Below, piece by piece: positions 1 to 9,691 of a stretch of 64,000 bases of DNA. Made by a program: the position numbers and the translations under genes. The stretch spans positions 19,505 through 83,504 of the forward strand of contig CAZAMC010000003.1 in the NCBI GenBank assembly GCA_964486505.1. The letters run 5' to 3'. The first letter of the stretch is position 1; each line of letters opens with the position of its first letter. Below the pieces are notes generated by a model. The model was not told the origin of the DNA. It saw only the letters and a program-made list of their open reading frames with translations, and ran no database searches. Source of the DNA: an uncultured Gammaproteobacteria bacterium. GTDB taxonomy: Bacteria; Patescibacteriota; Patescibacteriia; PEXW01.

Positions 1-214
1 GGCGATCGGAGAAGAGCGCCACCCCCCAGGCCACAAGAATGAAAGCAGCGTAAACAGCCATTCCACCCAGAAGCGGGGTGGCAACCGGCTGGATTTTTCG
101 GTCGGGAGCTGTCTCGGGTGCGTCTACAATGTTTCGCCGCCGCGCCCAGCGGATGACCAGGGGGGTGAGGCCAGCGGAGATGCCAAACGCGAGAATCGCG
201 GCCACGTAAATCAT
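1..214 (-). CDS. MraY/WecA-TagO family glycosyltransferase (UDP-GlcNAc:undecaprenyl-P transferase), 5' part only
   Basis: Manual translation MIYVAAILAFGISAGLTPLVIRWARRRNIVDAPETAPDRKIQPVATPLLGGMAVY has the D-P-xx-RK...TP-xx-GG motif of GT family 4; ATGA overlap with ruvX stop; runs off the window. Confidence 0.8.
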   Translation of the reverse strand, partial: MIYVAAILAFGISAGLTPLVIRWARRRNIVDAPETAPDRKIQPVATPLLGGMAVYAAFILVAWGVALFSDR

Positions 215-606
215 TGCTGCAAGTCGAGGTGGGTTTGGAGAATCGCTACCGCCGCGCGCACGTCGTCCGGAACGTTCCGCTTGCCTGCATCCCGCAGCTC
301 CTGTTGCGCCCGTTGTGAGGTTAGCCGCTCGTCAACCAAAGCCACGGGGAGCTGAAGAACATTTGCCAGATCCGCTGCCACTTCCCGCACGCGGCTGGTT
401 TGCGCCGTGTCCTTTCCAGAAAGCCCCAGGGGTAAGCCGAGGACAATCCGATCAACATGCTCGGCTGCCACAACCTCCTGAATGACCGCAATGGCATGAG
501 GGAATGAACGAACTTCGTAGGCACGTAAAGGAAAGGCCCAATGGGTATCGGGGCTTATGGCCAGGCCTAAGCGCCGCTCACCCCAATCAATGGCCAGAAT
601 ACTCAT
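211..606 (-). CDS. ruvX: Holliday junction resolvase-like / pre-16S rRNA nuclease RuvX (YqgF)
   Basis: ILAIDWGERRLGLAISP, VLGLP, VDERLTS motifs. Confidence 0.92.
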   Translation of the reverse strand: MSILAIDWGERRLGLAISPDTHWAFPLRAYEVRSFPHAIAVIQEVVAAEHVDRIVLGLPLGLSGKDTAQTSRVREVAADLANVLQLPVALVDERLTSQRAQQELRDAGKRNVPDDVRAAVAILQTHLDLQQ

Positions 607-1349
607 AGGGCCGTTACTACTTCGGCACCCGTTGCCGTAACCACCAGCGTGTGCTCGTAGTGAGCTGCCAAGCTGTGGTCAGCGGTCTGCACGGTCCAGC
701 CGTCTGTCGCCGTAGTCACGTCGTAGTGCCCGGCGGTCACCATGGGCTCTACGGCAATGACTATGCCCTCTGGCAAAAGCGCGCCACTGCCTGGGGAGCC
801 GTAATTTGGAACTTTCGGATCCTCGTGCACGTGCTCACCCACACCGTGCCCCACTAGCGCCCGAACCACGCTAAACCCTTGCGCTTCCACGTACGTTTGC
901 ACTGCATGGCCAACGTCGCCCGTGCGGACTCCGGCTCGAATAACCTGGTGCGCAATCCAGAAGGCTTTCTCAGTAACTTCAATAAGACGCCGAGCCTTCC
1001 GACGAAGAGTGCCAACGCCCACCGTCACCGCTGCATCGGTAATGTAGCCCTTATAGCGCACGCCACAGTCCAAACCCACTACGTCCCCGTCAGCCAGCGG
1101 CTTGGCCGTGGGAATGCCGTGCACAACAGCGGTGTTGACGGAAACGCACAACGTCGCCGGAAAACCCTGGTACCCCTTGAAGGCGGGTTCGCCACCGGCT
1201 TCACGGATAGTTTTCTCCGCCAGAGCATCTAGGGCTAAAGGTGTTGCACCGGGGACCGCCGCGGCGGCTACGGCCGCAAGCGTGCGTGCCAAAATTGCCC
1301 CGCCTTCCCGGAGGGCAGCGAGGTCTTTCGCGGCCTTCAGAATGGTCAT
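603..1349 (-). CDS. map: Type I methionine aminopeptidase
   Basis: SVNxxVVHGIP, DxG...D, GHGVG, HEDP, EPM, AHYEHT metal ligands. Confidence 0.97.
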   Translation of the reverse strand: MTILKAAKDLAALREGGAILARTLAAVAAAAVPGATPLALDALAEKTIREAGGEPAFKGYQGFPATLCVSVNTAVVHGIPTAKPLADGDVVGLDCGVRYKGYITDAAVTVGVGTLRRKARRLIEVTEKAFWIAHQVIRAGVRTGDVGHAVQTYVEAQGFSVVRALVGHGVGEHVHEDPKVPNYGSPGSGALLPEGIVIAVEPMVTAGHYDVTTATDGWTVQTADHSLAAHYEHTLVVTATGAEVVTAL

Positions 1350-2026
1350 AGGTACGGGACTAGGGCTTGAAGAACTTCTCGAAAAACCCCCGAAATGGAC
1401 TGCTCGCCATCAACTTCGAGCAAGCGCCCATGCTCACGGTAAAAATCAGTAAGTTTTTCAATCCGGTCTGTGTACGTGTCGTAGCGCTTTTGGGCCAGCT
1501 CGGCGGTGTCATCTGACCGCTGGATCAACTGGCCCCCGCACACGGCACAGCGGTTCGCCTGGTACGCTGCGTCATTCGGATGGTAGACGTGCTGGTCAGC
1601 CGGGCAGAAGCGTCGCTTGCTCATTCGCTCAACCGCTTCACTCCGTGATACACGAATAGAAACGGCGAGGGGGGCGCGCATGTCAAAAACCTTCGTGAGC
1701 CGCTCAAGCTCTAGTGCTTGTGGCACCGAGAGCGGGAAGGCGTCAAAAACAAAACCGGTCTTCCGGTGCAGGCGCTGCAGCTCCCGTTCCACAAGCTGCA
1801 CAGCCACATTGTCGGGCTGAGGAATACCCGCGTCGTAGCGCGCCTTCACTTCATCGGCAAGGGCATCACCTCTGCCAGCGTGTTCACGGATTGCCCGAAT
1901 GAGGTCGCCGGTGGCGAGATGGTACAACGAAAAGCGCTCCGTGAGGAGCTCGGCTTGCGTACCCTTCCCCGATCCTGGCGGGCCAACGAGGACGAGGTTC
2001 AGCGGACGTGGGTGCGACGTGTGCAT
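1346..2026 (-). CDS. adk: Adenylate kinase (divergent)
   Basis: GPPGSGKGTQA P-loop, TGDLIR, Cys-containing LID, RSDD; located after secY. Confidence 0.88.
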   Translation of the reverse strand: MHTSHPRPLNLVLVGPPGSGKGTQAELLTERFSLYHLATGDLIRAIREHAGRGDALADEVKARYDAGIPQPDNVAVQLVERELQRLHRKTGFVFDAFPLSVPQALELERLTKVFDMRAPLAVSIRVSRSEAVERMSKRRFCPADQHVYHPNDAAYQANRCAVCGGQLIQRSDDTAELAQKRYDTYTDRIEKLTDFYREHGRLLEVDGEQSISGVFREVLQALVPYL

Positions 2027-2162
2027 GACTGTGACGTGGGTACTATACCAGGCTGCGCTGAAACTGGAAGAGGACCAGGCGTATGAGTAGAGAGTGAGGA
2101 GTGAGACTTACGGCCCAGGCCCTCACTCGGCACCCATACGCACCACGCGGCACATGCCGCTC

Positions 2163-3452
2163 CTATTTGTAAAACGCTTCGTAATCCCGCATAACCAGCT
2201 GCGCTTGCACTTGCTTCACGCTCTCCAACACCACGGATACAACGATGAGGAGGCTGGTGCCTCCAATGGCCAGATTCTGCGCGCTCGTGGCTTGCTGCAT
2301 GACTGTGGGGAGCACCGCAATGACACCCAGGAAGAGTGCCCCACCCAAGATGATGCGATTCGAAACGAAACTCAAGTAGTGAGCCGTCGGTTCACCAGGC
2401 CGGATCCCAGGAATGAACCCGCCCTGCTTCTGCAGGTTCTCGGCAATCTTTCGGGGTTGGAAGACCACTGCCGTGTAGAAATACGTAAAGGCCACCACGA
2501 GGACGAAATACGCAGCGCCGTAGAACGTCTGATTCTGGAAAGTATCCCGCACCCACACGGCGGTATTCGCGAGCCAAGGAATGGGGCTAGCGGTAAAGAA
2601 CTGCGCGATGAGCGGCGGCACGAGGATTATGGAGACGGCGAAGATGATGGGAATAACCCCAGCCTGGTTTACCCGAAGGGGCAAGTGGGTGTTCACGCCA
2701 GCGCCCCCGACGGCCTGCGTACCAATCAACCGCTTGGCATAGGTAACGGGAATATTCCGCTGGCCTTCTGTAACAAAGACCACCCCGGCAATAGTAATCG
2801 CCCCAATGGCCAAGAATGCCACGATGGTGAATAGCATAGAGGGGTCATAGGTGGCCACGAACTGCTGCACCGAGCTGGGCAGCTGGGCGATGATCCCCGC
2901 GAAGATGAGCAGGGAAATACCGTTGCCAACTTTCTTCTCATTGATGATCTCGCCAATCCACATGAGAAGCATGGTCCCGCCTACCACCGCTGCAATGGCG
3001 GTAATTGTTTGGAACGTGGTCAGAGAACCAAGAATCTCGGCTGCACCTTGCCGCTTGAGGAAGATGAGCGTGCTGTACCCCTGCAGGATGGCGAGGGGAA
3101 CGGTGAGCACTCGCGTGTACTGGTTAATGCGGTTCTGCCCTTGCTCACCCTCTTTCTGGATGGCCTCTAACCGTGGAATAACCATGGTCAAGAGCTGCAT
3201 GATGATGGACGCAGTAATGTACGGACCAACGCCGAGCATGACAATAGAGAAGTTCTGCAGGCCACCACCGGAGAACAGATTGAGCAGGCCGAGGAGCTGG
3301 TTCCCTTGCAGCACGCGCTGCAAACCGGTGGGGTCTACGCCCGGAATTGGGATGTGGGCCAGAATGCGAAACACCACGAGCATCGCCAAAACAAAGAGAA
3401 GCGTGTTTCGGAGTTCACGCGCGCGCCAGAGCTGACGTAGCCGCTCGATCAT
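2163..3452 (-). CDS. secY: Preprotein translocase SecY
   Basis: LGVGPYITASIIMQLL, GNGISLLIFAGI, IPGIRPG, GGTSLLIVV. Confidence 0.99.
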   Translation of the reverse strand: MIERLRQLWRARELRNTLLFVLAMLVVFRILAHIPIPGVDPTGLQRVLQGNQLLGLLNLFSGGGLQNFSIVMLGVGPYITASIIMQLLTMVIPRLEAIQKEGEQGQNRINQYTRVLTVPLAILQGYSTLIFLKRQGAAEILGSLTTFQTITAIAAVVGGTMLLMWIGEIINEKKVGNGISLLIFAGIIAQLPSSVQQFVATYDPSMLFTIVAFLAIGAITIAGVVFVTEGQRNIPVTYAKRLIGTQAVGGAGVNTHLPLRVNQAGVIPIIFAVSIILVPPLIAQFFTASPIPWLANTAVWVRDTFQNQTFYGAAYFVLVVAFTYFYTAVVFQPRKIAENLQKQGGFIPGIRPGEPTAHYLSFVSNRIILGGALFLGVIAVLPTVMQQATSAQNLAIGGTSLLIVVSVVLESVKQVQAQLVMRDYEAFYK

Positions 3453-3946
3453 TGCTGTTGAGCTTGCCGCTTAGCCAACTGCCGTGCAGGCAGCGGCTGC
3501 TGCGGAACGGCGAGAGTAAACGTCTTGCCACCGGCCTTCTCAATGGCCGCTTTCGCTGTCGCTGAGAAAGCGTGAGCATGTACTTCCAGGGCAACGTTGA
3601 GCGTCCCCAGCGCCAAAATTTTCACGTAGGCAGCAGACGGAATGAGGCGCTTCTGCAAAAGCTTGGCGGGGGTTACAATCGCGCCCGCCGGGAAAACTGC
3701 CAGCTGCCCAACATTTACAACAGCTGCCTTGTCATGCTGGCTTAAAAAACCACGCGACTTGGGGAGCTGGAGCAACATTTGCTTCAATCCCCGCTTTCGA
3801 CCGTGCTTCCGGCCGCCGCTGCGCGCGCGTTGACCTTTAATGCCGCGGCCGCTAAATGCGCCATGCCCGGAAGCATTCCCACGGCCAACACGAACCGAGC
3901 GAGAGGTGCTACCAGCAGTAGGTTTGAGAGTGTGGAGGTGAGACAT
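3449..3946 (-). CDS. rplO: 50S ribosomal protein L15
   Basis: RVGRGxxSGHG..GRGIKGQRARSG; AFSATAKAAIEKAGG. Confidence 0.97.
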   Translation of the reverse strand: MSHLHTLKPTAGSTSRSVRVGRGNASGHGAFSGRGIKGQRARSGGRKHGRKRGLKQMLLQLPKSRGFLSQHDKAAVVNVGQLAVFPAGAIVTPAKLLQKRLIPSAAYVKILALGTLNVALEVHAHAFSATAKAAIEKAGGKTFTLAVPQQPLPARQLAKRQAQQQ

Positions 3947-3951
3947 GGAAT

Positions 3952-4470
3952 TTAGGTAGAAGCAGCGGAGGTAGTTGCACGCTTCTTCCGCGGCTGCAGC
4001 TGACTGAGCGCCAAAAGCACGGCGCGAACATTATTAATCTTGTTCTTCGAACCAAGCATCTTGCTCACCACGTCCTTAATGCCAGCTAGGTCGAGCACAG
4101 CACGAGCGGCACCACCGGCAATAACCCCCGAGCCAGTTGGGGCGGGCTTCAGGAGGACGCGAGCCGCGCGGAATTTCACATTGACGGCGTGAGGAATTGT
4201 CCCCCGCTCCGTTACCACGGTGATGAGCCGCTTTTTCGCGGCGGTCACCGCCTTCTCAACCGAGCCTTGCACATCGGCGCCCTTGGCCAACCCCATGGCC
4301 ACGCGGCCCTTTCGGTCACCAATGACGACGCACGCTCGGAAGCGCATGCGCTTACCGCCGGCGACAACGCGTGTCACGCGGGAGAGGTCAATAGTCTTTT
4401 GATCAAATTCCGACTTCTCGCGGGGTTTGCGATCGCGACGGGGTCCGGATTGAAGGCGTCCTGGAGGCAT
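3952..4470 (-). CDS. rpsE: 30S ribosomal protein S5
   Basis: RVTRVVAGGKRMRF, PAPxGSGVIAGG. Confidence 0.98.
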   Translation of the reverse strand: MPPGRLQSGPRRDRKPREKSEFDQKTIDLSRVTRVVAGGKRMRFRACVVIGDRKGRVAMGLAKGADVQGSVEKAVTAAKKRLITVVTERGTIPHAVNVKFRAARVLLKPAPTGSGVIAGGAARAVLDLAGIKDVVSKMLGSKNKINNVRAVLLALSQLQPRKKRATTSAAST

Positions 4471-4479
4471 AGGGTGAGT

Positions 4480-4854
4480 TTAGAACTGAAGACCGCCAGC
4501 CCGAGCGCCATCCGCAAGGGCGCGAACGCGGCCATGGTAACGGTAACCAGCAGTATCGAAGACAACTTTAGAAATTTTCTTGGTCTTGGCGCGTTCGGCA
4601 AGCAACTTTCCAACGGCCGTAGCGACGGCTACTTTGCGCGTTTCTTCCTTGGACGCTTTGGGGAGGTTGCTCAAGTGCTTGTCCGAAACGGCGAGGATGG
4701 TTTTCCCCGCAGCGTCATCAACGAGCTGACAGCTAATGTGCTTCGCGCTGCGAAAAACCACAAGGCGAGGGCGATCAGCCAAACCCGTCACGCGGCTACG
4801 CACGCGGCGGTGGCGCTGAAGTCGGCGGGCGGAGCGAGAAGAGGTAATAGTCAT
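4480..4854 (-). CDS. rplR: 50S ribosomal protein L18
   Basis: [13 protein letters not shown], [17 protein letters not shown]. Confidence 0.97.
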   Translation of the reverse strand: MTITSSRSARRLQRHRRVRSRVTGLADRPRLVVFRSAKHISCQLVDDAAGKTILAVSDKHLSNLPKASKEETRKVAVATAVGKLLAERAKTKKISKVVFDTAGYRYHGRVRALADGARAGGLQF

Positions 4855-4861
4855 AAGGATG

Positions 4862-5413
4862 CTACTTGGCGCCAGCGGCCTTCACGACCTTTCCGGCTTT
4901 TCGGCGGATGACTTCCCCAGCGTACTTAATCCCCTTACCCTTGTACGGTTCCGGTGGTTTGAGGCGACGAATGGTAGCCGCGGTTTCACCCACGCGCTGC
5001 TTATCTGCGCCTGTAACGATGATAGCATTTTTCTCCACCGCTAACGTGATACCCGCTGGCGGTGCAAAGGTAATGGGGTGCGAGAAACCGAGGGCCAGTT
5101 CCAAAGCCGTACCCTTGAGAATGGCCTTGAAACCAACACCCGTGAGTTCGAGGCGCTTTTCAAAACCTTTCGTTACGCCCTCCACGGCGTTCGCCAACAG
5201 CTGGCGGCTGAGGCCCCACAGGGCACGGTCGTTGCGGTTGTTCGGGGATGGCACTGTGACAACCAGGTTCTGTGCATCCACAGCCACGTTGACGCGGTGG
5301 TGGAGACGCATTTCAAGTTCTCCCTTTGGGCCTTTTACCGAAACGTCAGGCGCTTTCACGTTCACCGTGACGCCGGCAGGGATTGCAATGGGAAGTTTAC
5401 CAATACGCGACAT
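4862..5413 (-). CDS. rplF: 50S ribosomal protein L6
   Basis: Start trimmed to MSRIGKLPI; PEPYKGKGI. Confidence 0.97.
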   Translation of the reverse strand: MSRIGKLPIAIPAGVTVNVKAPDVSVKGPKGELEMRLHHRVNVAVDAQNLVVTVPSPNNRNDRALWGLSRQLLANAVEGVTKGFEKRLELTGVGFKAILKGTALELALGFSHPITFAPPAGITLAVEKNAIIVTGADKQRVGETAATIRRLKPPEPYKGKGIKYAGEVIRRKAGKVVKAAGAK

Positions 5414-5417
5414 AAGA

Positions 5418-5801
5418 TTAGGCAACAGTGCAGAGGAGCTCGCCACCAACGTGGGCTTTCCGAGCTTCACGGTCAGTGATGACACCTTTTGGAGTAGAGA
5501 GGATGGCCATACCAATCCCGTTCTTCACCCGCGGAATTGCGCCAGCCGACACGTATACCCGCCGACCGGGCTTTGACTCACGCGTTACCTGCTGGACAAA
5601 AGACGTGCCATCCGGGTTGTACTTGAGCGTCACGGTAAACGTCCGCTGGTCGGGAGAAGGAATGGCCGCTGCCAAGTAGAGCTCGCGGACAAGAATAGTA
5701 GCGATAGAAAATCGCATTTTCGAGTACGGGATGGTGACGGTCCGGTGTCGGGCAAGGCCCGCATTCCGGATCCGCGTGAGCATGTCAGCAATTGGGTCCA
5801 T
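5418..5801 (-). CDS. rpsH: 30S ribosomal protein S8
   Basis: MDPIADMLTRIRNA, SKPGRRVY, GGELLC. Confidence 0.98.
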   Translation of the reverse strand: MDPIADMLTRIRNAGLARHRTVTIPYSKMRFSIATILVRELYLAAAIPSPDQRTFTVTLKYNPDGTSFVQQVTRESKPGRRVYVSAGAIPRVKNGIGMAILSTPKGVITDREARKAHVGGELLCTVA

Positions 5802-5817
5802 AGGGAATCAGTATGAG

Positions 5818-6003
5818 TTACCAGCTTGCCTTACGGAGGCCGGGCACGTCGCCCTTGTTCGCCAGCTCCCGCAAGCAAATACGACAGAGATTAAACTTCC
5901 GCATGTAGCCACGGCTCCGACCACAGCGCCAGCACCGACGAACGATGCGCGTGCTGTACTTCGGCCGGCGGTTCGATTTCGCAATTTGTCCGGTAGTTGC
6001 CAT
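5818..6003 (-). CDS. rpsN: 30S ribosomal protein S14 (Zn-binding type Z)
   Basis: 61 aa, CWRC...CRIC, KASW end. Confidence 0.96.
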   Translation of the reverse strand: MATTGQIAKSNRRPKYSTRIVRRCWRCGRSRGYMRKFNLCRICLRELANKGDVPGLRKASW

Positions 6004-6009
6004 AGGTCG

Positions 6010-6630
6010 TTAGTTCTTCGCCTTCTTCGGGGCGTCTTTGGAAGGGCGGGTGGGGAATTGCTCCTCCTGTTCGCCGCTCGCCCGGAATGGGAAGCCGAGG
6101 TGTTCCATGAGTAGGCGACCGGCTTTGGCATTCTCGGCCGTCATGGCAATGACGACCTCCAAACCGTGCAGTTTTTCCACTTCATCAGATCGAATCTCCG
6201 GGAAGGCCAGGTGTTCTTTAAATCCCAAGGTGTAGTTCCCCTGGCCATCAAAGGCGGTGGGGGAAATGCCGCGGAAGTCACGGACACGCGGGAGAGCAGC
6301 GTTAATGAGCTTATCGAGGAACTCGTACATGCGGCGACCGCGGAGTGTCACTTTTGCACCGATAGCCATCCCCTGCCGAATCTTGAAAGCAGAAACGGAC
6401 TTCTTCGCTTTGGTGAGTACGGGCTTCTGGCCGGTAATACGCGTCAACGTGGACACAACCGCTTCTTGGAGTTTTGGATCTTTAATACCATTTCCAAAGC
6501 CAACGTTGATGACCACTTTCGTTACCCGTGGAACTGCGTGCGGGTTGGTGGTACCCAAGGCTTTTTCCAAAGCGGGAATCACTTGGGTGCGGTACTTACC
6601 GAGAAGTCGTGGAAATGTGGGAGCGGTCAT
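6010..6630 (-). CDS. rplE: 50S ribosomal protein L5
   Basis: ITGQKP, FKIRxG, LPRVRDFRG; start trimmed to the ATG overlapping the rplX stop. Confidence 0.97.
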   Translation of the reverse strand: MTAPTFPRLLGKYRTQVIPALEKALGTTNPHAVPRVTKVVINVGFGNGIKDPKLQEAVVSTLTRITGQKPVLTKAKKSVSAFKIRQGMAIGAKVTLRGRRMYEFLDKLINAALPRVRDFRGISPTAFDGQGNYTLGFKEHLAFPEIRSDEVEKLHGLEVVIAMTAENAKAGRLLMEHLGFPFRASGEQEEQFPTRPSKDAPKKAKN

Positions 6631-6941
6631 ACGCGGAAGGGAGTTTGGCAGGAAGCGCACACGCGTTGCTTCTGGCCGTCGGCACCAATCTGATTCTTCA
6701 AGCGACGGGGCTTGCTGCACTTTTCACAGTAGAGCGCAACATTTGATGCTGGGAGGGGCGCGAAAAAGGTAATCTTCTGGCCCTTTTCGGTGCTGCGGCG
6801 CGTCCGGATGTGGCGCGTGCGCTCGTTTACCCCTTCAAGGACCACAAGCTGCTTCACCGGGAAAACCTGCATGACCTTCCCCTTCTTCCCGCGCTCGCGG
6901 CCGCGGATGACCATCGCATTGTCGCCAGTCTTCAAGTGCAT
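6627..6941 (-). CDS. rplX: 50S ribosomal protein L24
   Basis: KOW motif KTGD..VIRGRERGKKGKV; C-terminal CxxC...CxxC. Confidence 0.95.
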   Translation of the reverse strand: MHLKTGDNAMVIRGRERGKKGKVMQVFPVKQLVVLEGVNERTRHIRTRRSTEKGQKITFFAPLPASNVALYCEKCSKPRRLKNQIGADGQKQRVCASCQTPFRV

Positions 6942-6945
6942 ACGG

Positions 6946-7317
6946 CTAGAGAACTTCAGGAGCGAGGGAGATGAGCTTCGTGAACCCGCGGGCTTTCAAC
7001 TCGCGTGCCACCGGACCGAAAATGCGCGTGCCTTTTGGTTCCTTAGACTTCTGGTCAACAATGACCGCTGCATTATCGTCGAAACGAATGTAGGTTCCGT
7101 CTGCCCGTCGCGTTTCCTTGCGCTGGCGGACAATAACCGCGTGGTGGACTTCACTCTTCTTCACCGCGGCATGCGGAATGGCAACTTTCACAACCACGCG
7201 GACGATGTCCCCAATACGGGCGTACCGCTTCTTGTACCCACCGAGCACGGTAATGAGCTCGAGCTCACGTGCGCCGGTGTTGTCTGCTGCCGTTAATCGT
7301 GATCGAAGTTGCACCAT
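6946..7317 (-). CDS. rplN: 50S ribosomal protein L14
   Basis: [33 protein letters not shown]. Confidence 0.98.
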   Translation of the reverse strand: MVQLRSRLTAADNTGARELELITVLGGYKKRYARIGDIVRVVVKVAIPHAAVKKSEVHHAVIVRQRKETRRADGTYIRFDDNAAVIVDQKSKEPKGTRIFGPVARELKARGFTKLISLAPEVL

Positions 7318-7323
7318 AGGAAG

Positions 7324-7563
7324 TTAGGGCAGGATGCGCCAACGCTTGGAACGGGAAATTGGCCGGCACTCCACGAAATTCACCTTCTGTCCAACAGCGT
7401 ACGAGCCGGTCGGAGCGTGCACGGCGTACTTCCGGCTCACGCGGTAGCGCTTGCCGTACTTCGGGTGCACAATGACACGGTCAACCCGTACAACCACCGT
7501 CTTCGCCATCTTGGTGGAAACGACGGTGCCAGTAAACGTGCGGGGATTTGGAGTGGTAGCCAT
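7324..7563 (-). CDS. rpsQ: 30S ribosomal protein S17
   Basis: GTVVSTKMAKTVVV, HPKYGK, ECRPISRSKRW. Confidence 0.97.
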   Translation of the reverse strand: MATTPNPRTFTGTVVSTKMAKTVVVRVDRVIVHPKYGKRYRVSRKYAVHAPTGSYAVGQKVNFVECRPISRSKRWRILP

Positions 7564-7572
7564 AGAGAAGAA

Positions 7573-7809
7573 TTACGCCTTGCTGGCAGACTTCGCCACT
7601 GGTGGCGTTACCACGGGTGACGAGTTTGCTGGTGTAGAGAGGAGGGTAAGAATACGCGCAATCACTTTGCGAACCTCGCGGATCTCCCGAACATCTTTGT
7701 GGGCGTCTTGCGAGACTCGAAAGCGCAGGTCGCGCAGGCGCTCACGCCCTTCGGCGAGGAGTGTGCGGAGTTCGGCTGGAGTCTTCTGCTTGAGGTCTTT
7801 GAGTTCCAT
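7573..7809 (-). CDS. rpmC: 50S ribosomal protein L29
   Basis: LRDLRF, IREVRKVIARILT; operon position. Confidence 0.93.
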   Translation of the reverse strand: MELKDLKQKTPAELRTLLAEGRERLRDLRFRVSQDAHKDVREIREVRKVIARILTLLSTPANSSPVVTPPVAKSASKA

Positions 7810-7815
7810 AGGAGC

Positions 7816-8232
7816 TTACTGGGTCTGAGCCTTTGTGACAAATTTCGTCTTCACCGAGAGCTTGTACGCGGCGAGCTGCATTGACTGGCGGGCAGTGGCT
7901 TCTGGAATACCATCCACTTCAAACATAATCGTGCCAGGCTTAATGGGCGCAACGTAGTGGTCCACTGGACCCTTGCCGCCACCCATACGGATTTCTGAAC
8001 CTTTAATCGTAACGGGCTTGTCCGGAAATATGCGGATCCACACCTTACCACCCCGATGCAAGAAACGGGTAATGGCGCGCCGAGCCGCTTCGATTTGCCG
8101 CGCAGAGATCCAGCCAGACTCTGTGGCCTTCAAACCGTACGCGCCGAAACTGACGCGGAGTTTCTGCGTGGCATTCCCACGGATATGCCCGCGGTGGTGC
8201 TTTCGGTGCTTGACTTTCTTCGGCGTGAACAT
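7816..8232 (-). CDS. rplP: 50S ribosomal protein L16
   Basis: RQIEAARRA, WIRIFPDKP, RMGGGKG. Confidence 0.98.
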   Translation of the reverse strand: MFTPKKVKHRKHHRGHIRGNATQKLRVSFGAYGLKATESGWISARQIEAARRAITRFLHRGGKVWIRIFPDKPVTIKGSEIRMGGGKGPVDHYVAPIKPGTIMFEVDGIPEATARQSMQLAAYKLSVKTKFVTKAQTQ

Positions 8233-8238
8233 AGGGAG

Positions 8239-8889
8239 TTAATTTGCTTCTTCTTTCTTACGGAATACGTCGCCCCGGTAAATCCAAGCCTTCACCCCAA
8301 TGGCGCCGTACGTGGTGAATGCTGCGCCGCGGGCAAAATCGACATCAGCGCGCAACGTTTGGAGCGGGAGCTTCCCCCACGTGAGCTGTTCAGTGCGGGC
8401 GATGTCTGCACCGTTCAAACGACCAGCAACCATCACTTTCACGCCCTGGCCGCCCGCTTTCTTCACCTGCTCGACCGACTGCTTAAGAATCCGACGGAAG
8501 GGCAAGCGCTTCTCAAGCTGTTCAATCATATTCTGGACCACCAGCTGAGCCACAAGGGAGGGATTTGCAACTTCCTGAATATTGAGCTTGAACTTCGTCT
8601 TCGGGGGGACGTACTTCAACAGAGCGGCCTTCAAGTCTTCCACGCCCGCTCCCCCCCGACCGATCACAATGCCGGGCTTCGCCGTAATGATTGTTACCAC
8701 CACCGCATTCCCCGAGCGCTCTATCTCAATGCGAGCAACGCCAGCATTCCGCAACTTCTTGCGTAAGAACGATTTCACTTCCAAGTCTTGCTTCAGCGTT
8801 TGGTGAAAGCTGCGCTTGGAATACCACTTCGACGACCATTCGGTCGTAATGCCAAGGCGGTGAGCGATAGGGTGAACTTTGTGTCCCAT
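8239..8889 (-). CDS. rpsC: 30S ribosomal protein S3
   Basis: MGHKVHP, KH domain PGIVIGRGG, PLQTLRADVD. Confidence 0.98.
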   Translation of the reverse strand: MGHKVHPIAHRLGITTEWSSKWYSKRSFHQTLKQDLEVKSFLRKKLRNAGVARIEIERSGNAVVVTIITAKPGIVIGRGGAGVEDLKAALLKYVPPKTKFKLNIQEVANPSLVAQLVVQNMIEQLEKRLPFRRILKQSVEQVKKAGGQGVKVMVAGRLNGADIARTEQLTWGKLPLQTLRADVDFARGAAFTTYGAIGVKAWIYRGDVFRKKEEAN

Positions 8890-8898
8890 AGAAGTAAG

Positions 8899-9342
8899 CT
8901 AGGCGGCTGGCTTCGGTGAAGGAGAAGAGGTCTTGGGCGGCTCGGCGTGCTTTGTGTCCTTTTTCTCCGTTGGCTTCGTGACGGACTTCTTCACGGCTGA
9001 GGCCTTGGGGGTATGCGTATCCAGGGTGAGGGTAATGTGAGAGGCATGCTTGAGAATGGTGGTGGCGCGGCCTTGGGCGTGCGGCATGAAGCGCTTCAGA
9101 CGTGGAGCCATATCAACGGTAATCGCGCTGATGCGCAGGTGCGCGGGGTTCTCTTTCCCTTTCGTTTTGGCGTTAGCCACTGCGGACTTCAGCAAGGTGA
9201 GGAGGGACGCGGCGCTCCCCTTCGGCAAGTGCGTCAAAATGGTGACGGCTTCTTCCACGGCTTTCCCGCGCAGGAGGTCCGCCACTAAGCGAACCTTGCG
9301 GGGGGAAATGCGGATATTTCGAAGGGTTGCAGACGTTACCAT
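8899..9342 (-). CDS. rplV: 50S ribosomal protein L22 with C-terminal extension
   Basis: ISPRKVRLVADL, LKSAVANA, SHIT. Confidence 0.96.
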   Translation of the reverse strand: MVTSATLRNIRISPRKVRLVADLLRGKAVEEAVTILTHLPKGSAASLLTLLKSAVANAKTKGKENPAHLRISAITVDMAPRLKRFMPHAQGRATTILKHASHITLTLDTHTPKASAVKKSVTKPTEKKDTKHAEPPKTSSPSPKPAA

Positions 9343-9348
9343 ACAACG

Positions 9349-9687
9349 TTACTTAGCGGGGGGCACTGCCTTAGGAGCTGCCGCAGGCGCAGCCGCTGCA
9401 GCTGCTGCTGCCATCTCGGCTTCTTTCTGCATACGGCCACCATGTCGGACGAACTTCCGGGTTGGAGAAAACTCACCCAAGCGATGACCAACCATGTTCT
9501 CGGAAACGATGACAGTAATGTGGTTCTTCCCGTTGTGCACCCCGAAGGCGAAACCAACCATTTCCGGAGTTATCACTGAATCGCGGGACCAGGTCTTGAT
9601 GACCGTCTTATCACCAACGCGAAGCTTACCGACCTTCTTCAGGAGTTTTGCATCGGTGAACGGACCTTTTTTTAGGGATCGTGACAT
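9349..9687 (-). CDS. rpsS: 30S ribosomal protein S19
   Basis: [23 protein letters not shown]. Confidence 0.98.
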   Translation of the reverse strand: MSRSLKKGPFTDAKLLKKVGKLRVGDKTVIKTWSRDSVITPEMVGFAFGVHNGKNHITVIVSENMVGHRLGEFSPTRKFVRHGGRMQKEAEMAAAAAAAAPAAAPKAVPPAK

Positions 9688-9691
9688 AGGC

